Translations under genes and position numbers: made by a program
The notes under the pieces: generated by a model
The model's input: only the letters and a program-made list of their open reading frames with translations
Database searches by the model: none
What the model was told of the DNA's origin: nothing
Source of the DNA: Pseudomonadota bacterium
GTDB taxonomy: Bacteria > Pseudomonadota > Gammaproteobacteria > Xanthomonadales > Ahniellaceae
DNA: 64,000 bases
Assembly (NCBI GenBank): GCA_031412975.1
Contig: JANOEA010000377.1
Coordinates: 38 to 64,037 of the forward strand
Direction: 5' to 3'
Shown here: positions 11,528 through 21,245 of the stretch, piece after piece
How positions within the stretch are numbered: position 1 is the first letter of the stretch
Layout of the letters: each line of letters begins with the position of its first letter

Positions 11528-12340
11528 TCAGCCGGATCCCTGAAGGATGATTTCCAGAACGAACTTGGTGCCGATGAAGGCCAGCAGCAGCAGGGCCATG
11601 CCGTACAGCGTCATCCGCGCCGCGCGGCGGCCGCGCCAGCCCCAGCGCCAGCGCCCGAACAGCAGGGTGCCGAACATCGCCCACGCCGCGATCGAGAGGA
11701 TGGTCTTGTGCGCGAGCTTCTGGTCGAACAGGTCCTCGACGAACAGGGTGCCGGTGAGCAGGGTCAGGCTGAGCAGCACGAAGCCCGCGCCGATCAACTG
11801 GAACAGCAGGCCCTCGACCAGCGTCAGTGGTGGAAACACGCCCATCCGCGCGCCGATCCGGTGCGTGCGGAGCGCGGTCTCCTGCGCGGCGAGCATGATC
11901 GCGACCAGCGCCGCGATCGACAGCACCGCATAAGCCAGCAGCGCGACGATCACATGCAGGTTGATCTGCCAGGTGCCGGTGGCGGCACTCGCGTGCGGAC
12001 TGCCCATGAAGTGATCCAGCATCAGCAGCACTGTGGCCAGCGGGAACACCACCACGCCGATCGTTTCGACCGGTCGGAACCAGCCGACCAGCACGGACAT
12101 GCCGGCCATGCCGAGTCCGACCAGCGACAGCGCGGAAAAGAAGCTCAAATCGGGCCCGCCGATCGCGCGGTTGATCGCCCAGTGGTGGCCCAGGTGCAGC
12201 AGCAGCGCCAGCGCGGCGAACAGCAGCGGCGTGCGACGCCCGCTGGGTGCGAACTGATCCGCGCGCAGGCGGCTGGCCAGCATCGCGGTGGCGACCGCGT
12301 ACATCAGTCCAGCGGCCCAGGTTGCGTAGGAATCACCCAT
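11528..12340 (-). CDS. Cytochrome c assembly (CcsA/YpjD-like) inner membrane protein
   Basis: 270-aa polytopic membrane protein. It sits divergent from ffh, as ypjD does in other gammaproteobacteria. Confidence 0.75.
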   Translation of the reverse strand: MGDSYATWAAGLMYAVATAMLASRLRADQFAPSGRRTPLLFAALALLLHLGHHWAINRAIGGPDLSFFSALSLVGLGMAGMSVLVGWFRPVETIGVVVFPLATVLLMLDHFMGSPHASAATGTWQINLHVIVALLAYAVLSIAALVAIMLAAQETALRTHRIGARMGVFPPLTLVEGLLFQLIGAGFVLLSLTLLTGTLFVEDLFDQKLAHKTILSIAAWAMFGTLLFGRWRWGWRGRRAARMTLYGMALLLLAFIGTKFVLEIILQGSG

Positions 12341-12426
12341 CCGTCCAGTGTCGCATACCGCGCGTCGCTGGTAGCGGCGCAGTCGCCTATAATCTGCGGC
12401 CTCCGGATCCAGAAGACCGCATCGTC

Positions 12427-13803
12427 ATGTTCGAATCGCTCACCCAGCGCCTGGCCGCCACCGTCGACAAGCTGCGCGGTCGCGCGCGCCTGACCGAGGA
12501 GAACATCCGCGAGGCGACCCGCGAAGTCCGCGTGGCATTGCTCGAGGCCGACGTGGCGCTGCCGGTGGTGCAGGCGCTGATCGAACGGATCAAGGTGCGT
12601 GCGGTGGGCCAGGAGGTGTTGCGCAGCCTGTCGCCGGGCCAGGCACTGGTGAAGGTGGTGCGCGACGAACTCACCGCCGTGATGGGCTCGCAGAATGCCG
12701 AACTGGATTTCGCCACCCAACCGCCGGCGGTGATCCTGATGGCCGGCCGGCAGGGCGCGGGCAAGACCACCACCGTGGCCAAGCTCGCGCGCTTCCTCGC
12801 CGAGCGCAAACGCAAGAAGGTGATGGTGGTCAGCGCCGACGTGTATCGCCCGGCGGCCATCGACCAGCTCGAAACGCTCGCCGTGCAGGTCGGCTGCATG
12901 TTCCATCCGAGCAGCGGCGAACAGGACCCGGTCGCGATCGCGCGCGGCGCACTGGAGGCCGCGCGCCGCTCGTATGCCGACGTGCTGATCGTCGACACTG
13001 CGGGCCGCCTGGCGGTCGACCAGCCGATGATGGACGAGATCGCGCGGCTGCATGCCGCGCTGGATCCGATCGAAACCCTGTTCGTGGTCGATTCGATGAC
13101 CGGCCAGGACGCCGCGGTCACCGCCAAGGCTTTCGCCGCCGCAGTGCCGTTGACCGGCGTGGTGTTGACCAAGACCGACGGCGACGCACGCGGAGGTGCT
13201 GCGCTGTCGGTGCGCTACATCACCGGGCGGCCGATCAAGTTCGTCGGTGCGGGCGAGAAGACCGATGCGCTCGAGCCGTTCCATCCCGACCGCGCCGCGC
13301 AGCGCATCCTCGGCATGGGCGACGTGCTGTCGCTGGTCGAGGACATGCAGCGCAAGGCCGACGTCGACAAGCAGCAGAAGCTCGCCGAGAAGGTCCTCAA
13401 GGGCAAGCGCTTCGACCTCAACGACATGCGCGACCAACTCGAGCAGATGCTCAACATGGGTGGCATGGCCGGGCTGCTCGACAAGCTGCCGGGCATGTCG
13501 CAGGTTCCGCAGAACCTCAAGGACAAGGTCAACGACCGCGAGGTGCGGCGGATGATGGCGATCATCGGCTCGATGACCAGGAAGGAGCGTCGCCATCCCG
13601 ACCTGCTCAACGGCTCCCGCCGGGCACGCATCGCGCGCGGCTCGGGCACCCAGCCGCAGGACGTCAACCGCCTGATGAAGCAGTTCATGCAGATGGAAAA
13701 GATGATGTCCAAGCTCGGCTCGGGCGGCATGAAGGGCCTGATGCGCCAGATGGGCGGGATGCTCAAGCCCGGTGGTGGCGGTGGCGGGATGTTCCCGCGC
13801 TGA
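12427..13803 (+). CDS. ffh: Signal recognition particle protein Ffh
   Basis: [19 protein letters not shown]..., GTPase motifs GRQGAGKTT and DTAGR, and a Met-rich M domain. Confidence 0.95.
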   Translation: MFESLTQRLAATVDKLRGRARLTEENIREATREVRVALLEADVALPVVQALIERIKVRAVGQEVLRSLSPGQALVKVVRDELTAVMGSQNAELDFATQPPAVILMAGRQGAGKTTTVAKLARFLAERKRKKVMVVSADVYRPAAIDQLETLAVQVGCMFHPSSGEQDPVAIARGALEAARRSYADVLIVDTAGRLAVDQPMMDEIARLHAALDPIETLFVVDSMTGQDAAVTAKAFAAAVPLTGVVLTKTDGDARGGAALSVRYITGRPIKFVGAGEKTDALEPFHPDRAAQRILGMGDVLSLVEDMQRKADVDKQQKLAEKVLKGKRFDLNDMRDQLEQMLNMGGMAGLLDKLPGMSQVPQNLKDKVNDREVRRMMAIIGSMTRKERRHPDLLNGSRRARIARGSGTQPQDVNRLMKQFMQMEKMMSKLGSGGMKGLMRQMGGMLKPGGGGGGMFPR

Positions 13804-13843
13804 GGCCGTCGTCGGCTGCCTGGGGGCCGTCCGGACCCGGTTC

Positions 13844-13889
13844 CAGGGCAGGTGTTCCGGCGCAAGTTCCTGCCCCGCTGGATTTTTTC
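13844..13889 (+). terminator. Candidate terminator after ffh
   Basis: Imperfect hairpin CCAGGGCAGG...CCTGCCCCGCTGG followed by a T6 run at 13884..13889. Confidence 0.4.
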
Positions 13890-13969
13890 CCGGCTGCGGC
13901 TACAATATGCGGCCCTTTTTCCCGGATCGACCAACGGGTCGATTCTTGCCGAGCATCGAGACCAGCATC

Positions 13970-14227
13970 ATGGTGAAGATTCGTCTGTCCCGCGGCGGCG
14001 CCAAAGGCCGTCCGTTCTACCATATCGTCGTGGCCGACGAGCGTTGCGCGCGCGATGGCCGCAACATCGAGCGCCTGGGCTATTACAACCCGGTCGCCAG
14101 CGGCAAGGATGTCCGGCTCGAGCTCGACACCGAGAAGGCCGCCGCGTGGATCCAGAAGGGCGCGCAGCCGACCGAGAAGGTGCGCCAGCTGATCAAGCAG
14201 GCCGGGAAGCAGAAAGCCGCAGCGTGA
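13970..14227 (+). CDS. rpsP: 30S ribosomal protein S16
   Basis: [23 protein letters not shown]... Confidence 0.95.
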   Translation: MVKIRLSRGGAKGRPFYHIVVADERCARDGRNIERLGYYNPVASGKDVRLELDTEKAAAWIQKGAQPTEKVRQLIKQAGKQKAAA

Positions 14228-14237
14228 TGATCTGACC

Positions 14238-14744
14238 GTGGATCACCGGCAGGTTCTGCTCGGCAGGATTGTCGGCGTGTTCGGGGTCGAGGGCTGGGTG
14301 AAGCTGCATTCGTTCACCGAGCCGCGCGACAACATCTTCCGCTATCGGCCGTGGACGCTGCGCGCGTCGACCGGTGCCGAGTCGACGGTGGAGCGGCCGC
14401 AGGGCCGCACGCAGGGCAAGGGGATCGTCGCGAGGCTGCCCGAGGTGGTCGACCGCGATGCGGCTGCCGCACTGGTCGGCGCCGAGGTCTGGGTGCCGCG
14501 CGAGCTGTTGCCGAAGGCGCCGGAAGGCGAGTATTACTGGGCCGATCTCGAAGGCCTCGAAGTGTTCACGGTCGAAGGTGTTTCGCTGGGCCAGGTGACG
14601 CATCTGTTTGCGACCGGGGCCAACGACGTACTGGTGGTCAAGGGCGAGCGGGAGCGATTGATTCCGTTCATTCCGGGCCAGCAGGTGGTGCGGGTCGATC
14701 TCGATGGCAGGCGCATCGAGGTGGATTGGGATCCGGCGTTCTGA
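14238..14744 (+). CDS. rimM: Ribosome maturation factor RimM
   Basis: GTG start. [16 protein letters not shown] and a PRC-barrel C-terminus, in the conserved rpsP-rimM-trmD-rplS context. Confidence 0.9.
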   Translation: MDHRQVLLGRIVGVFGVEGWVKLHSFTEPRDNIFRYRPWTLRASTGAESTVERPQGRTQGKGIVARLPEVVDRDAAAALVGAEVWVPRELLPKAPEGEYYWADLEGLEVFTVEGVSLGQVTHLFATGANDVLVVKGERERLIPFIPGQQVVRVDLDGRRIEVDWDPAF

Positions 14745-14749
14745 TCGCG

Positions 14750-15496
14750 ATGCGCATCGATGTCATTACGGTGTTTCCGGACTACGTGGCGACCGCAGCG
14801 CGGGTCGGGGTGGTGGGTCGGGCGCAGGAGCGGGGACTGTTGGCGGTAGCCACCTGGAACCCGCGCGATTTCGCGACCGACAATTACCGCACCATCGATG
14901 GCCGGCCGTTCGGTGGCGGGCCGGGCATGGTGATGCTGGTCGAACCGTTGCGCCGGGCGATCCACGCGGCCAAGGCAGCAGACACTGCGCCCGCGCGGGT
15001 GATCTACCTCACGCCACAGGGTGCGCCACTGACCCAGGCACGGGTCGAGGCGCTGGCGCGGGAGCCGCGATTGCTGTTGCTGTGTGGTCGCTACGAAGGG
15101 ATCGACGAGCGGCTGATCGAGCGCGAAGTCGATGAGGAATTGTCGATCGGCGATTACGTGCTGTCCGGCGGCGAGTTGGCCGCCGCGGTACTGATCGATG
15201 CGCTGGGCCGGCTGCGCGAAGGCGCGCTGGGCAATCCGCAATCGGCAGCGCAGGACAGTTTCTCGGACGGTCTGCTCGACTGTCCGCACTATGCGCGACC
15301 AGAGGTCGAGGGCGCGGATGCGGTACCGGCAGTGCTGCTGTCGGGCGACCACGCGGCGATCGCGCGCTGGCGCCTGAAGCAGAAGCTGGGACGGACCTGG
15401 TTGCGGCGCCCGGACCTGCTGGCGCGACTCGACCTGGACCGCGACAGCCGCGCACTGCTCGACGAGTTTCGCCGCGAATACCTCGCGGAGCTTTGA
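14750..15496 (+). CDS. trmD: tRNA (guanine37-N1)-methyltransferase TrmD
   Basis: [12 protein letters not shown]..., [10 protein letters not shown], and the [11 protein letters not shown] knot motif. Confidence 0.95.
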   Translation: MRIDVITVFPDYVATAARVGVVGRAQERGLLAVATWNPRDFATDNYRTIDGRPFGGGPGMVMLVEPLRRAIHAAKAADTAPARVIYLTPQGAPLTQARVEALAREPRLLLLCGRYEGIDERLIEREVDEELSIGDYVLSGGELAAAVLIDALGRLREGALGNPQSAAQDSFSDGLLDCPHYARPEVEGADAVPAVLLSGDHAAIARWRLKQKLGRTWLRRPDLLARLDLDRDSRALLDEFRREYLAEL

Positions 15497-15673
15497 TCGA
15501 CCCGTCCCGCGAGGGGCGACTGGCCCGGCGGGGCCGGCGGGCAACCGCTGGATCGCGTCGGCAAACAAAGCGTTGCGCATCGCAACCGGCAGGCGCCGCG
15601 ATCGTGGTCCACGATCCCGGCTCCCGGAGTTGCCTCTGCGAACCGACTACAACATCCAGCCACAGGTGCATTG

Positions 15674-16039
15674 ATGAATATCCTCCAGCAGTTCGAGAAA
15701 GAGCAGATGACCCGCACGTTGCCCGGCTTCGGCCCCGGCGACACCATCGTGGTCAACGTCAAGGTCAAGGAAGGCAACCGCGAGCGCGTACAGGCCTATG
15801 AAGGCGTGGTCATCGCGATCAAGAACCGCGGCCTGAACTCCTCGTTCACGGTGCGCAAGATGTCGCACGGCACCGGCGTCGAGCGCGTATTCCAGACCCA
15901 CAGCCCAGCGATCGATTCGGTCACCGTCAAGCGCCGCGGCAAGGTCGCTCGCGCCAAGCTGTACTACCTGCGCGATCGCGAGGGCAAGAGCGCGCGTATC
16001 CGCGAAGACCTGAGCCAGTCGATCACCGACAAGAGCTGA
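15674..16039 (+). CDS. rplS: 50S ribosomal protein L19
   Basis: [12 protein letters not shown]...[17 protein letters not shown] used the ATG at 15674; the track begins at a TTG at 15671. Confidence 0.95.
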   Translation: MNILQQFEKEQMTRTLPGFGPGDTIVVNVKVKEGNRERVQAYEGVVIAIKNRGLNSSFTVRKMSHGTGVERVFQTHSPAIDSVTVKRRGKVARAKLYYLRDREGKSARIREDLSQSITDKS

Positions 16040-16063
16040 GATCCGCGCTGCACGGTGTCGAGC

Positions 16064-16094
16064 AACGGCCGCCCACGGGGCGGCCGTTGTGTTT
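16064..16094 (+). terminator. Candidate terminator after rplS
   Basis: 10-bp stem AACGGCCGCC/GGCGGCCGTT followed by GTGTTTC, which is a weak U-tract. Confidence 0.55.
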
Positions 16095-16100
16095 CAGGGT

Positions 16101-16129
16101 CTTGAAATCCGGGTCGTGCGACCGCACGC
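16101..16129 (+). promoter_or_regulatory. Candidate sigma32 (heat-shock) promoter of htpG
   Basis: CTTGAAA, a 14-nt spacer, then CCGCACGC, compared with the consensus CTTGAAA-N13-15-CCCCATnT. The -35 is perfect; the -10 matches only partly. Confidence 0.4.
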
Positions 16130-16183
16130 CGAAGCCTGCGCGCGGACAGCCCGCGCCTCATTCGCACAGCCGAGCACTCCGTC

Positions 16184-18061
16184 ATGAGCCAGACCGAAAC
16201 CCGCCGCTTCGCCGCCGAAGTCGACCAGGTGCTGCACCTGGTGACCCATTCGCTGTACTCGCACAAGGAGATCTTCCTGCGCGAACTGGCGTCCAATGCC
16301 GCCGATGCCTGCGACAAGCTGCGCTTCGAGGCGATCGGCAAGCCCGAACTGCTCGGCGACGATCCGGACCTGCGCATCGAGGTCGAGTTCGATCGCGAGG
16401 CGCGCACCCTGACCGTGCGCGACAGCGGCATCGGCATGAGTCGCGATGAGGTGATCGAGAACATCGGCACCATCGCGCGTTCCGGTACCCGCCGCTTCAT
16501 CGAATCGCTGTCGGGCGATGCGCGCGCCGACAGCCGCCTGATCGGCCAGTTCGGCGTCGGTTTCTACTCCGCCTTCGTGGTCGCCGAAAGGGTCGTGCTG
16601 TCGACCCGCCGCGCGGGCAGTGCGGAAGGCGATGGCGTGCGCTGGGAGTCCAGCGGCAGCGGCGAGTACACCATCGGCGAGGCCACGCTGCCGCAACGCG
16701 GCACCGAAGTCGTGCTGCATCTGAAGGCCGACGAGAGCGAGTTCCTCGATGGCTGGCGCCTGCGCTCGCTGATCGGCAAGTATTCCGACCACATCGGGTT
16801 TCCGATCCGCATGCGCAAGGACGAGGACGGCAATCCCTCCGGCGGGTGGGAAACCGTCAACCACGCCGCGGCGCTGTGGACGCGGCCCAAGTCGGAACTC
16901 GGCGAGGCCGACTACCAGGGTTTCTACAAGCACCTCGCCCACGACTACCACGACGCGGTGGCCTGGACCCACAACCGTGTCGAAGGCTCGCAGGGTTACA
17001 CGCTGCTGCTCTACGTGCCGTCGAAGTCGCCGTTCGACGCGGCATTCTCGGGTCGCGAGGAACGCCGCGGGCTGAAGCTGTACATCCGCCGCGTGTTCGT
17101 CATGGACGCCTCCGAGCAGCTGCTGCCGGCGTACCTGCGCTTCGTGCGCGGCGTGGTCGACTCGGACGATCTGCCGTTGAACGTCTCGCGCGAGATTCTG
17201 CAGGAGAACCGCCTGGTCACCCAGATCCGTGCGGCCTGCGCCAAGCGCACGCTGGATGTGCTCGACAAGCTGGCCGCCGAGGAGGCGCCGAAGTATGCGG
17301 CGTTCTGGAGCGAGTTCGGCAACGTGCTCAAGGAAGGCATCGCCGAGGACCACGGCAATCGCGAACGCATCGCCAAGCTGTTGCGCTTCGCGAGCACGCG
17401 CGGCGAGGGCGCGACCCAGACCGTCTCGCTCGACGACTATATCGGCCGCATGTTGCCCGAGCAGGACGCGATCTATTTCGTCACCGCCGACAGCCATACG
17501 GCCGCACGCGGCAGTCCGCAGATCGAGGCGCTGGTCGCGCGCGGGGTCGAGGTGCTGCTGCTGTCCGACCGCGTCGACGAGTGGATGAGCGGTTATCTGT
17601 CGACCTATGCGGGCAAAAGCCTGCGCCACGTCGGCAAGGGCGAGATCGATCTGGACAAGCTGGGCCCGGCGCCCGACCAGGCCGCGCGCGAGCAGGCCGC
17701 CAGGGATGCCGAGCCATTGCTGGTGCGCATGCGTGCGCTGCTCGAGGGCAAGGTGTCGGACGTGCGGGCCAGCCAGCGCCTGACCGAATCGCCCTCGTGC
17801 CTGGTGCTCGGCGCCCACGACATGGCGGTCCACATGCAGCGCCTGCTGCGCCAGGCCGGACACGATGTCGGCGCCTCGCTGCCGATCCTCGAGATCAATC
17901 CCGCGCACGCGCTGCTGCAGCGCCTGCAGGCGGAAACGCAGGATGATCGTGCACGCGACCTTGCGCTGATCCTGCTCGACCAGGCACTGCTGGCCGAAGG
18001 CGGTCAGCTCGACGATCCCGCCGCGTTCGTGCGCCGGGTCAACGGCATGCTGGTTGCCTGA
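16184..18061 (+). CDS. htpG: Molecular chaperone HtpG (Hsp90)
   Basis: 625 aa. FAAEVDQVLHLVTHSLYSHKEIFLRELASNAADA is the canonical GHKL N-terminus. Confidence 0.95.
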   Translation: MSQTETRRFAAEVDQVLHLVTHSLYSHKEIFLRELASNAADACDKLRFEAIGKPELLGDDPDLRIEVEFDREARTLTVRDSGIGMSRDEVIENIGTIARSGTRRFIESLSGDARADSRLIGQFGVGFYSAFVVAERVVLSTRRAGSAEGDGVRWESSGSGEYTIGEATLPQRGTEVVLHLKADESEFLDGWRLRSLIGKYSDHIGFPIRMRKDEDGNPSGGWETVNHAAALWTRPKSELGEADYQGFYKHLAHDYHDAVAWTHNRVEGSQGYTLLLYVPSKSPFDAAFSGREERRGLKLYIRRVFVMDASEQLLPAYLRFVRGVVDSDDLPLNVSREILQENRLVTQIRAACAKRTLDVLDKLAAEEAPKYAAFWSEFGNVLKEGIAEDHGNRERIAKLLRFASTRGEGATQTVSLDDYIGRMLPEQDAIYFVTADSHTAARGSPQIEALVARGVEVLLLSDRVDEWMSGYLSTYAGKSLRHVGKGEIDLDKLGPAPDQAAREQAARDAEPLLVRMRALLEGKVSDVRASQRLTESPSCLVLGAHDMAVHMQRLLRQAGHDVGASLPILEINPAHALLQRLQAETQDDRARDLALILLDQALLAEGGQLDDPAAFVRRVNGMLVA

Positions 18062-18091
18062 GCCGCGGCTGCGGATCGACGCTGGGGGCGC

Positions 18092-18688
18092 TCAGCCGCG
18101 CTCGCGGCGGCGCCGGAACCACAGCAGCACCAGGAATCCGAGCGGGATCGACAGCGCGACGGCCAGCAGCGGATGCCAGGCCTCGGGCAGCTGGGTGGCA
18201 GCCAGCAGCATCGCCAAAAGTACCGCGACCGCAACCAGGTTGAAGTTGCTGCCCTGTCGCGTCGCCTGCAGGTGTTCCTGTGCGGCAGCGGTGCAGTGCG
18301 CGATCCAGGCACGTGCGAGCGCCTCGTGGTCGCTCTCCAGATCGACCTCGCGTTCGAGCGCCGACGCGTGAACGCGCAAGCCGTGGGTGGCGACCAGCCG
18401 GGCCACCGACTGCATCAGGGTGGCGAACGCCTGCTCGGCGCGCGCGGGTTTGACCCCCGCCACCTGCGGCACGACCACGATGCGGGTCGGCTCGATCTGC
18501 CAGTCCAGCCCCAGGCCCTTGCGCGCCACCAGCGAGATCGCATCGTCGTCGCCGACGATCGGATCGCCGAGTTGCGGATCGCAGGCGCGCAGTTCGCGCA
18601 CGAATTCATCGCGCTGCGCGGACGACCATGCCGGCGCGGCGGTCCCCGACGCTTCAGGCTTGGCTTGCAGGACCAGTGCAAAATCCAT
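18092..18688 (-). CDS. Hypothetical protein: soluble N-terminal domain plus two C-terminal TM helices (198 aa)
   Basis: Internal ATG (MDFALVLQAKPE...) of ORF 18092..19174. The longer version would overlap tyrA on the opposite strand. No family recognised. Confidence 0.55.
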   Translation of the reverse strand: MDFALVLQAKPEASGTAAPAWSSAQRDEFVRELRACDPQLGDPIVGDDDAISLVARKGLGLDWQIEPTRIVVVPQVAGVKPARAEQAFATLMQSVARLVATHGLRVHASALEREVDLESDHEALARAWIAHCTAAAQEHLQATRQGSNFNLVAVAVLLAMLLAATQLPEAWHPLLAVALSIPLGFLVLLWFRRRRERG

Positions 18689-18818
18689 CGGTGGCTCTCC
18701 AGGATCCCGTGATTGTAGACGCCGCCGGGTGGCGGCATCGCGATGATCGTCGATCCAACGCTGCCACAGGCGGCGCGCACTTGCTAACCTCGGCCATCGA
18801 ATCCGCGCCGAACTACCC

Positions 18819-19919
18819 ATGGACCTGAAGGCACTTCGCGACCAGCTCGACAGCGTCGATGCGCAGTTCATCGCGCTGGCCGCCCAACGCCAGCGCATCG
18901 TGGCCGAGATCGGCCGCTTCAAGCGTGCGCAGGGCCGCCAGGTGCGCGACTTCGCGCGCGAGCGCGAAGTGCTCGAGCGCGCGGCAGCCAACGCGAGCGC
19001 GGCCGGGCTGGAGCCCGCGCTGGGCCAGGAACTGCTGCGCCAGTTGATCGAAGCCTCGCTGGCCGCGCAGGAGCAGGAGCGGGTGCGTGCGGACGCCGGC
19101 GGCAGCGGCCAGTCCGCGCTGGTCATCGGCGGCGGTGGCCGCATGGGCCAGTGGTTCGCGCGCTTCCTCGACACGCAGGGTTATGCGATCACGGTGGCCG
19201 ATCCCGCGGGGTGCCCGGATGCGTTTCCGAGCGTGGCCGACTGGCGCACACTCGAGCTCGACTTCGACCTCATCGTGGTCGCCGCCCCGCTGCGCGCGAG
19301 CGCCGGCATCCTGTGCGAACTGGCGGCCCGCGGTCCGCGCGGCATCGTGTTCGATGTCGGCTCGCTGAAGTCGCCGCTGGCCGACGGTTTCGCAGCACTC
19401 AAGGCCGCCGGAGTGCGCGCGACTTCGATCCACCCGATGTTCGGCCCCTCGGCCAACATGCTGGCCGGACGCCACGTGGTGTTCGTCGATCTCGGCGACC
19501 CCGAGGCCACCGCGGTCGCGCGCGGACTGTTCGCGCAGACCATGGCGATCGCGGTCGAGATGAGCCTCGACGAACACGATCGCCTGATGGGCTTCGTGCT
19601 CGGCCTGTCGCATGCGCTCAACATCACGTTCTTCACCGCGCTCGCCGAATCGCACGAGATGGCGCAGCGGCTCGCGCAGGCGTCCAGCACCACCTTCGAC
19701 AAGCAGCTCGCGATCGCGCGCGGTGTGGCCGGCGAGAACCCGCACCTGTACTACGAAATCCAGCACCTCAACGCGCACGGCGGCGAGGCACTGGCCGCAC
19801 TCGAGAACGCGCTGCACAAGGTGCTCGCGACGATCCGCGCCGGCGACGAGGCCGCGTTCGTGCAGGTGATGGCGTCCGGCCAGCGTTATCTGGAAAACCC
19901 GACCGCCGGCACCCACTGA
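18819..19919 (+). CDS. tyrA: Bifunctional chorismate mutase / prephenate dehydrogenase
   Basis: N-terminal CM helix bundle (LRDQLDSVDAQFIALAAQRQ), then a Rossmann motif (VIGGGGRMG) and a PDH domain. Confidence 0.85.
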   Translation: MDLKALRDQLDSVDAQFIALAAQRQRIVAEIGRFKRAQGRQVRDFAREREVLERAAANASAAGLEPALGQELLRQLIEASLAAQEQERVRADAGGSGQSALVIGGGGRMGQWFARFLDTQGYAITVADPAGCPDAFPSVADWRTLELDFDLIVVAAPLRASAGILCELAARGPRGIVFDVGSLKSPLADGFAALKAAGVRATSIHPMFGPSANMLAGRHVVFVDLGDPEATAVARGLFAQTMAIAVEMSLDEHDRLMGFVLGLSHALNITFFTALAESHEMAQRLAQASSTTFDKQLAIARGVAGENPHLYYEIQHLNAHGGEALAALENALHKVLATIRAGDEAAFVQVMASGQRYLENPTAGTH

Positions 19920-19931
19920 GCAGCGCTGCCG

Positions 19932-20795
19932 ATGGAAGCGAGCATCATCACCAACCTGCTGCTGCCGATCGCGCTCGGCATCATCATGCTCGGCCTCGGC
20001 CTGAGCCTCGGGGTCGACGATTTCCTGCGCGTGCTGCGGATGCCGCGCGCGGTGTTGATCGGCCTCGGGGTGCAAACGCTGTTGCTGCCGCTGGCGGCGT
20101 TTGCGATTGCGATCGGCTTCGGGCTCGCGCCGGAACTGGCGGTCGGCCTGATGCTGCTGGCCGCATCGCCGGGCGGCGCGACGGCGAACATCTACAGCCA
20201 CCTGGCCCGTGGCGACGTGGCGCTGAACATCACCCTGACCGCGACCAACAGCGTGCTGTGCCTGCTCACCCTGCCGCTGATCGTGAATCTGTCGCTGGCC
20301 CACTTCATGGCGGCCGAGCAGTATGTGCCGCCGCCGATCCGCAAGGTGATCGAAGTGGGCATGATCATCCTGCTGCCGGTGGTGATCGGCATGCTGCTGC
20401 GCGCATGGCTGCCGGCGCTGGCACAGCGTCTCGGCAAGCCGGTCAAGCTGTTTTCGGTCGTGGTGCTGGTGCTGGTGATCGGCGCGGCCTTCGCGCGCGA
20501 ACTGGATCGCCTGCCCGCATACTTCGCGGCCGTCGGCTTGGCTTGCCTGGCGTTCAACCTGGTCAGCATGGGCACGGGTTATCTGGTGCCGCTGGCCCTG
20601 CGGCTGCCGCGGCGGCAGGCGATCGCGATCGCGATGGAGATCGGCATCCACAACGGCACGCTGGCGATCTACATCGCGCTCAATGTGCTGGGCAATTCGA
20701 CGATGTCGATACCGGCGGCGATCTACAGCCTGATCATGTTCGCCACCGCCGCAGTGTTCGGCTGGTGGGTCAGCCGTCGCCCGCATACGGACTGA
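19932..20795 (+). CDS. Bile acid:sodium symporter (BASS) family transporter
   Basis: 287-aa polytopic protein. LLAASPGGATANIYS is the family signature. Confidence 0.85.
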   Translation: MEASIITNLLLPIALGIIMLGLGLSLGVDDFLRVLRMPRAVLIGLGVQTLLLPLAAFAIAIGFGLAPELAVGLMLLAASPGGATANIYSHLARGDVALNITLTATNSVLCLLTLPLIVNLSLAHFMAAEQYVPPPIRKVIEVGMIILLPVVIGMLLRAWLPALAQRLGKPVKLFSVVVLVLVIGAAFARELDRLPAYFAAVGLACLAFNLVSMGTGYLVPLALRLPRRQAIAIAMEIGIHNGTLAIYIALNVLGNSTMSIPAAIYSLIMFATAAVFGWWVSRRPHTD

Positions 20796-20801
20796 GCAGC
20801 G

Positions 20802-21200
20802 ATGGGCGAATCCGCGGACAACCGTACGGTGCGCCTGGATGTCTGGCTGTGGGCCGCGCGCTTGTACATGACCCGCTCGCTGGCCATGGCGGCGATCGCC
20901 GCGGGCCGGGTCGCGATCGACCATACGGCGTGCAAGCCGTCGCGATGCGTGCGGGTCGGCGACTGCATCGTGCTCGATCGGGCCAACGAGCGTTACGAGC
21001 TCAGCGTGACAGCGCTGTCGTCGCAGCGCGGCCCGGCCGTCGTCGCGCAGGCGCTGTATGCCGAGAGCGAAACCAGTCGGCTCGCGCGCGAGACGCTCCG
21101 CGAGCAGCGTCGCTTGCAGGGCGCCGGCTACAGCGCACCGGCCGCGCGCCCGGACAAGCGTGCGCGCAGGTTGATCCTGCGCCTGCAGGACGAAACCTGA
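20802..21200 (+). CDS. hslR: Ribosome-associated heat-shock protein Hsp15 (S4 domain)
   Basis: VRLDVWLWAARLYMTRSLA is an S4 RNA-binding motif; the C-terminus is basic. Confidence 0.8.
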   Translation: MGESADNRTVRLDVWLWAARLYMTRSLAMAAIAAGRVAIDHTACKPSRCVRVGDCIVLDRANERYELSVTALSSQRGPAVVAQALYAESETSRLARETLREQRRLQGAGYSAPAARPDKRARRLILRLQDET

Positions 21201-21245
21201 GGCGCTATCCTCGCGCGCCCCGCTGCTCCCGATTGCACCCGACCA

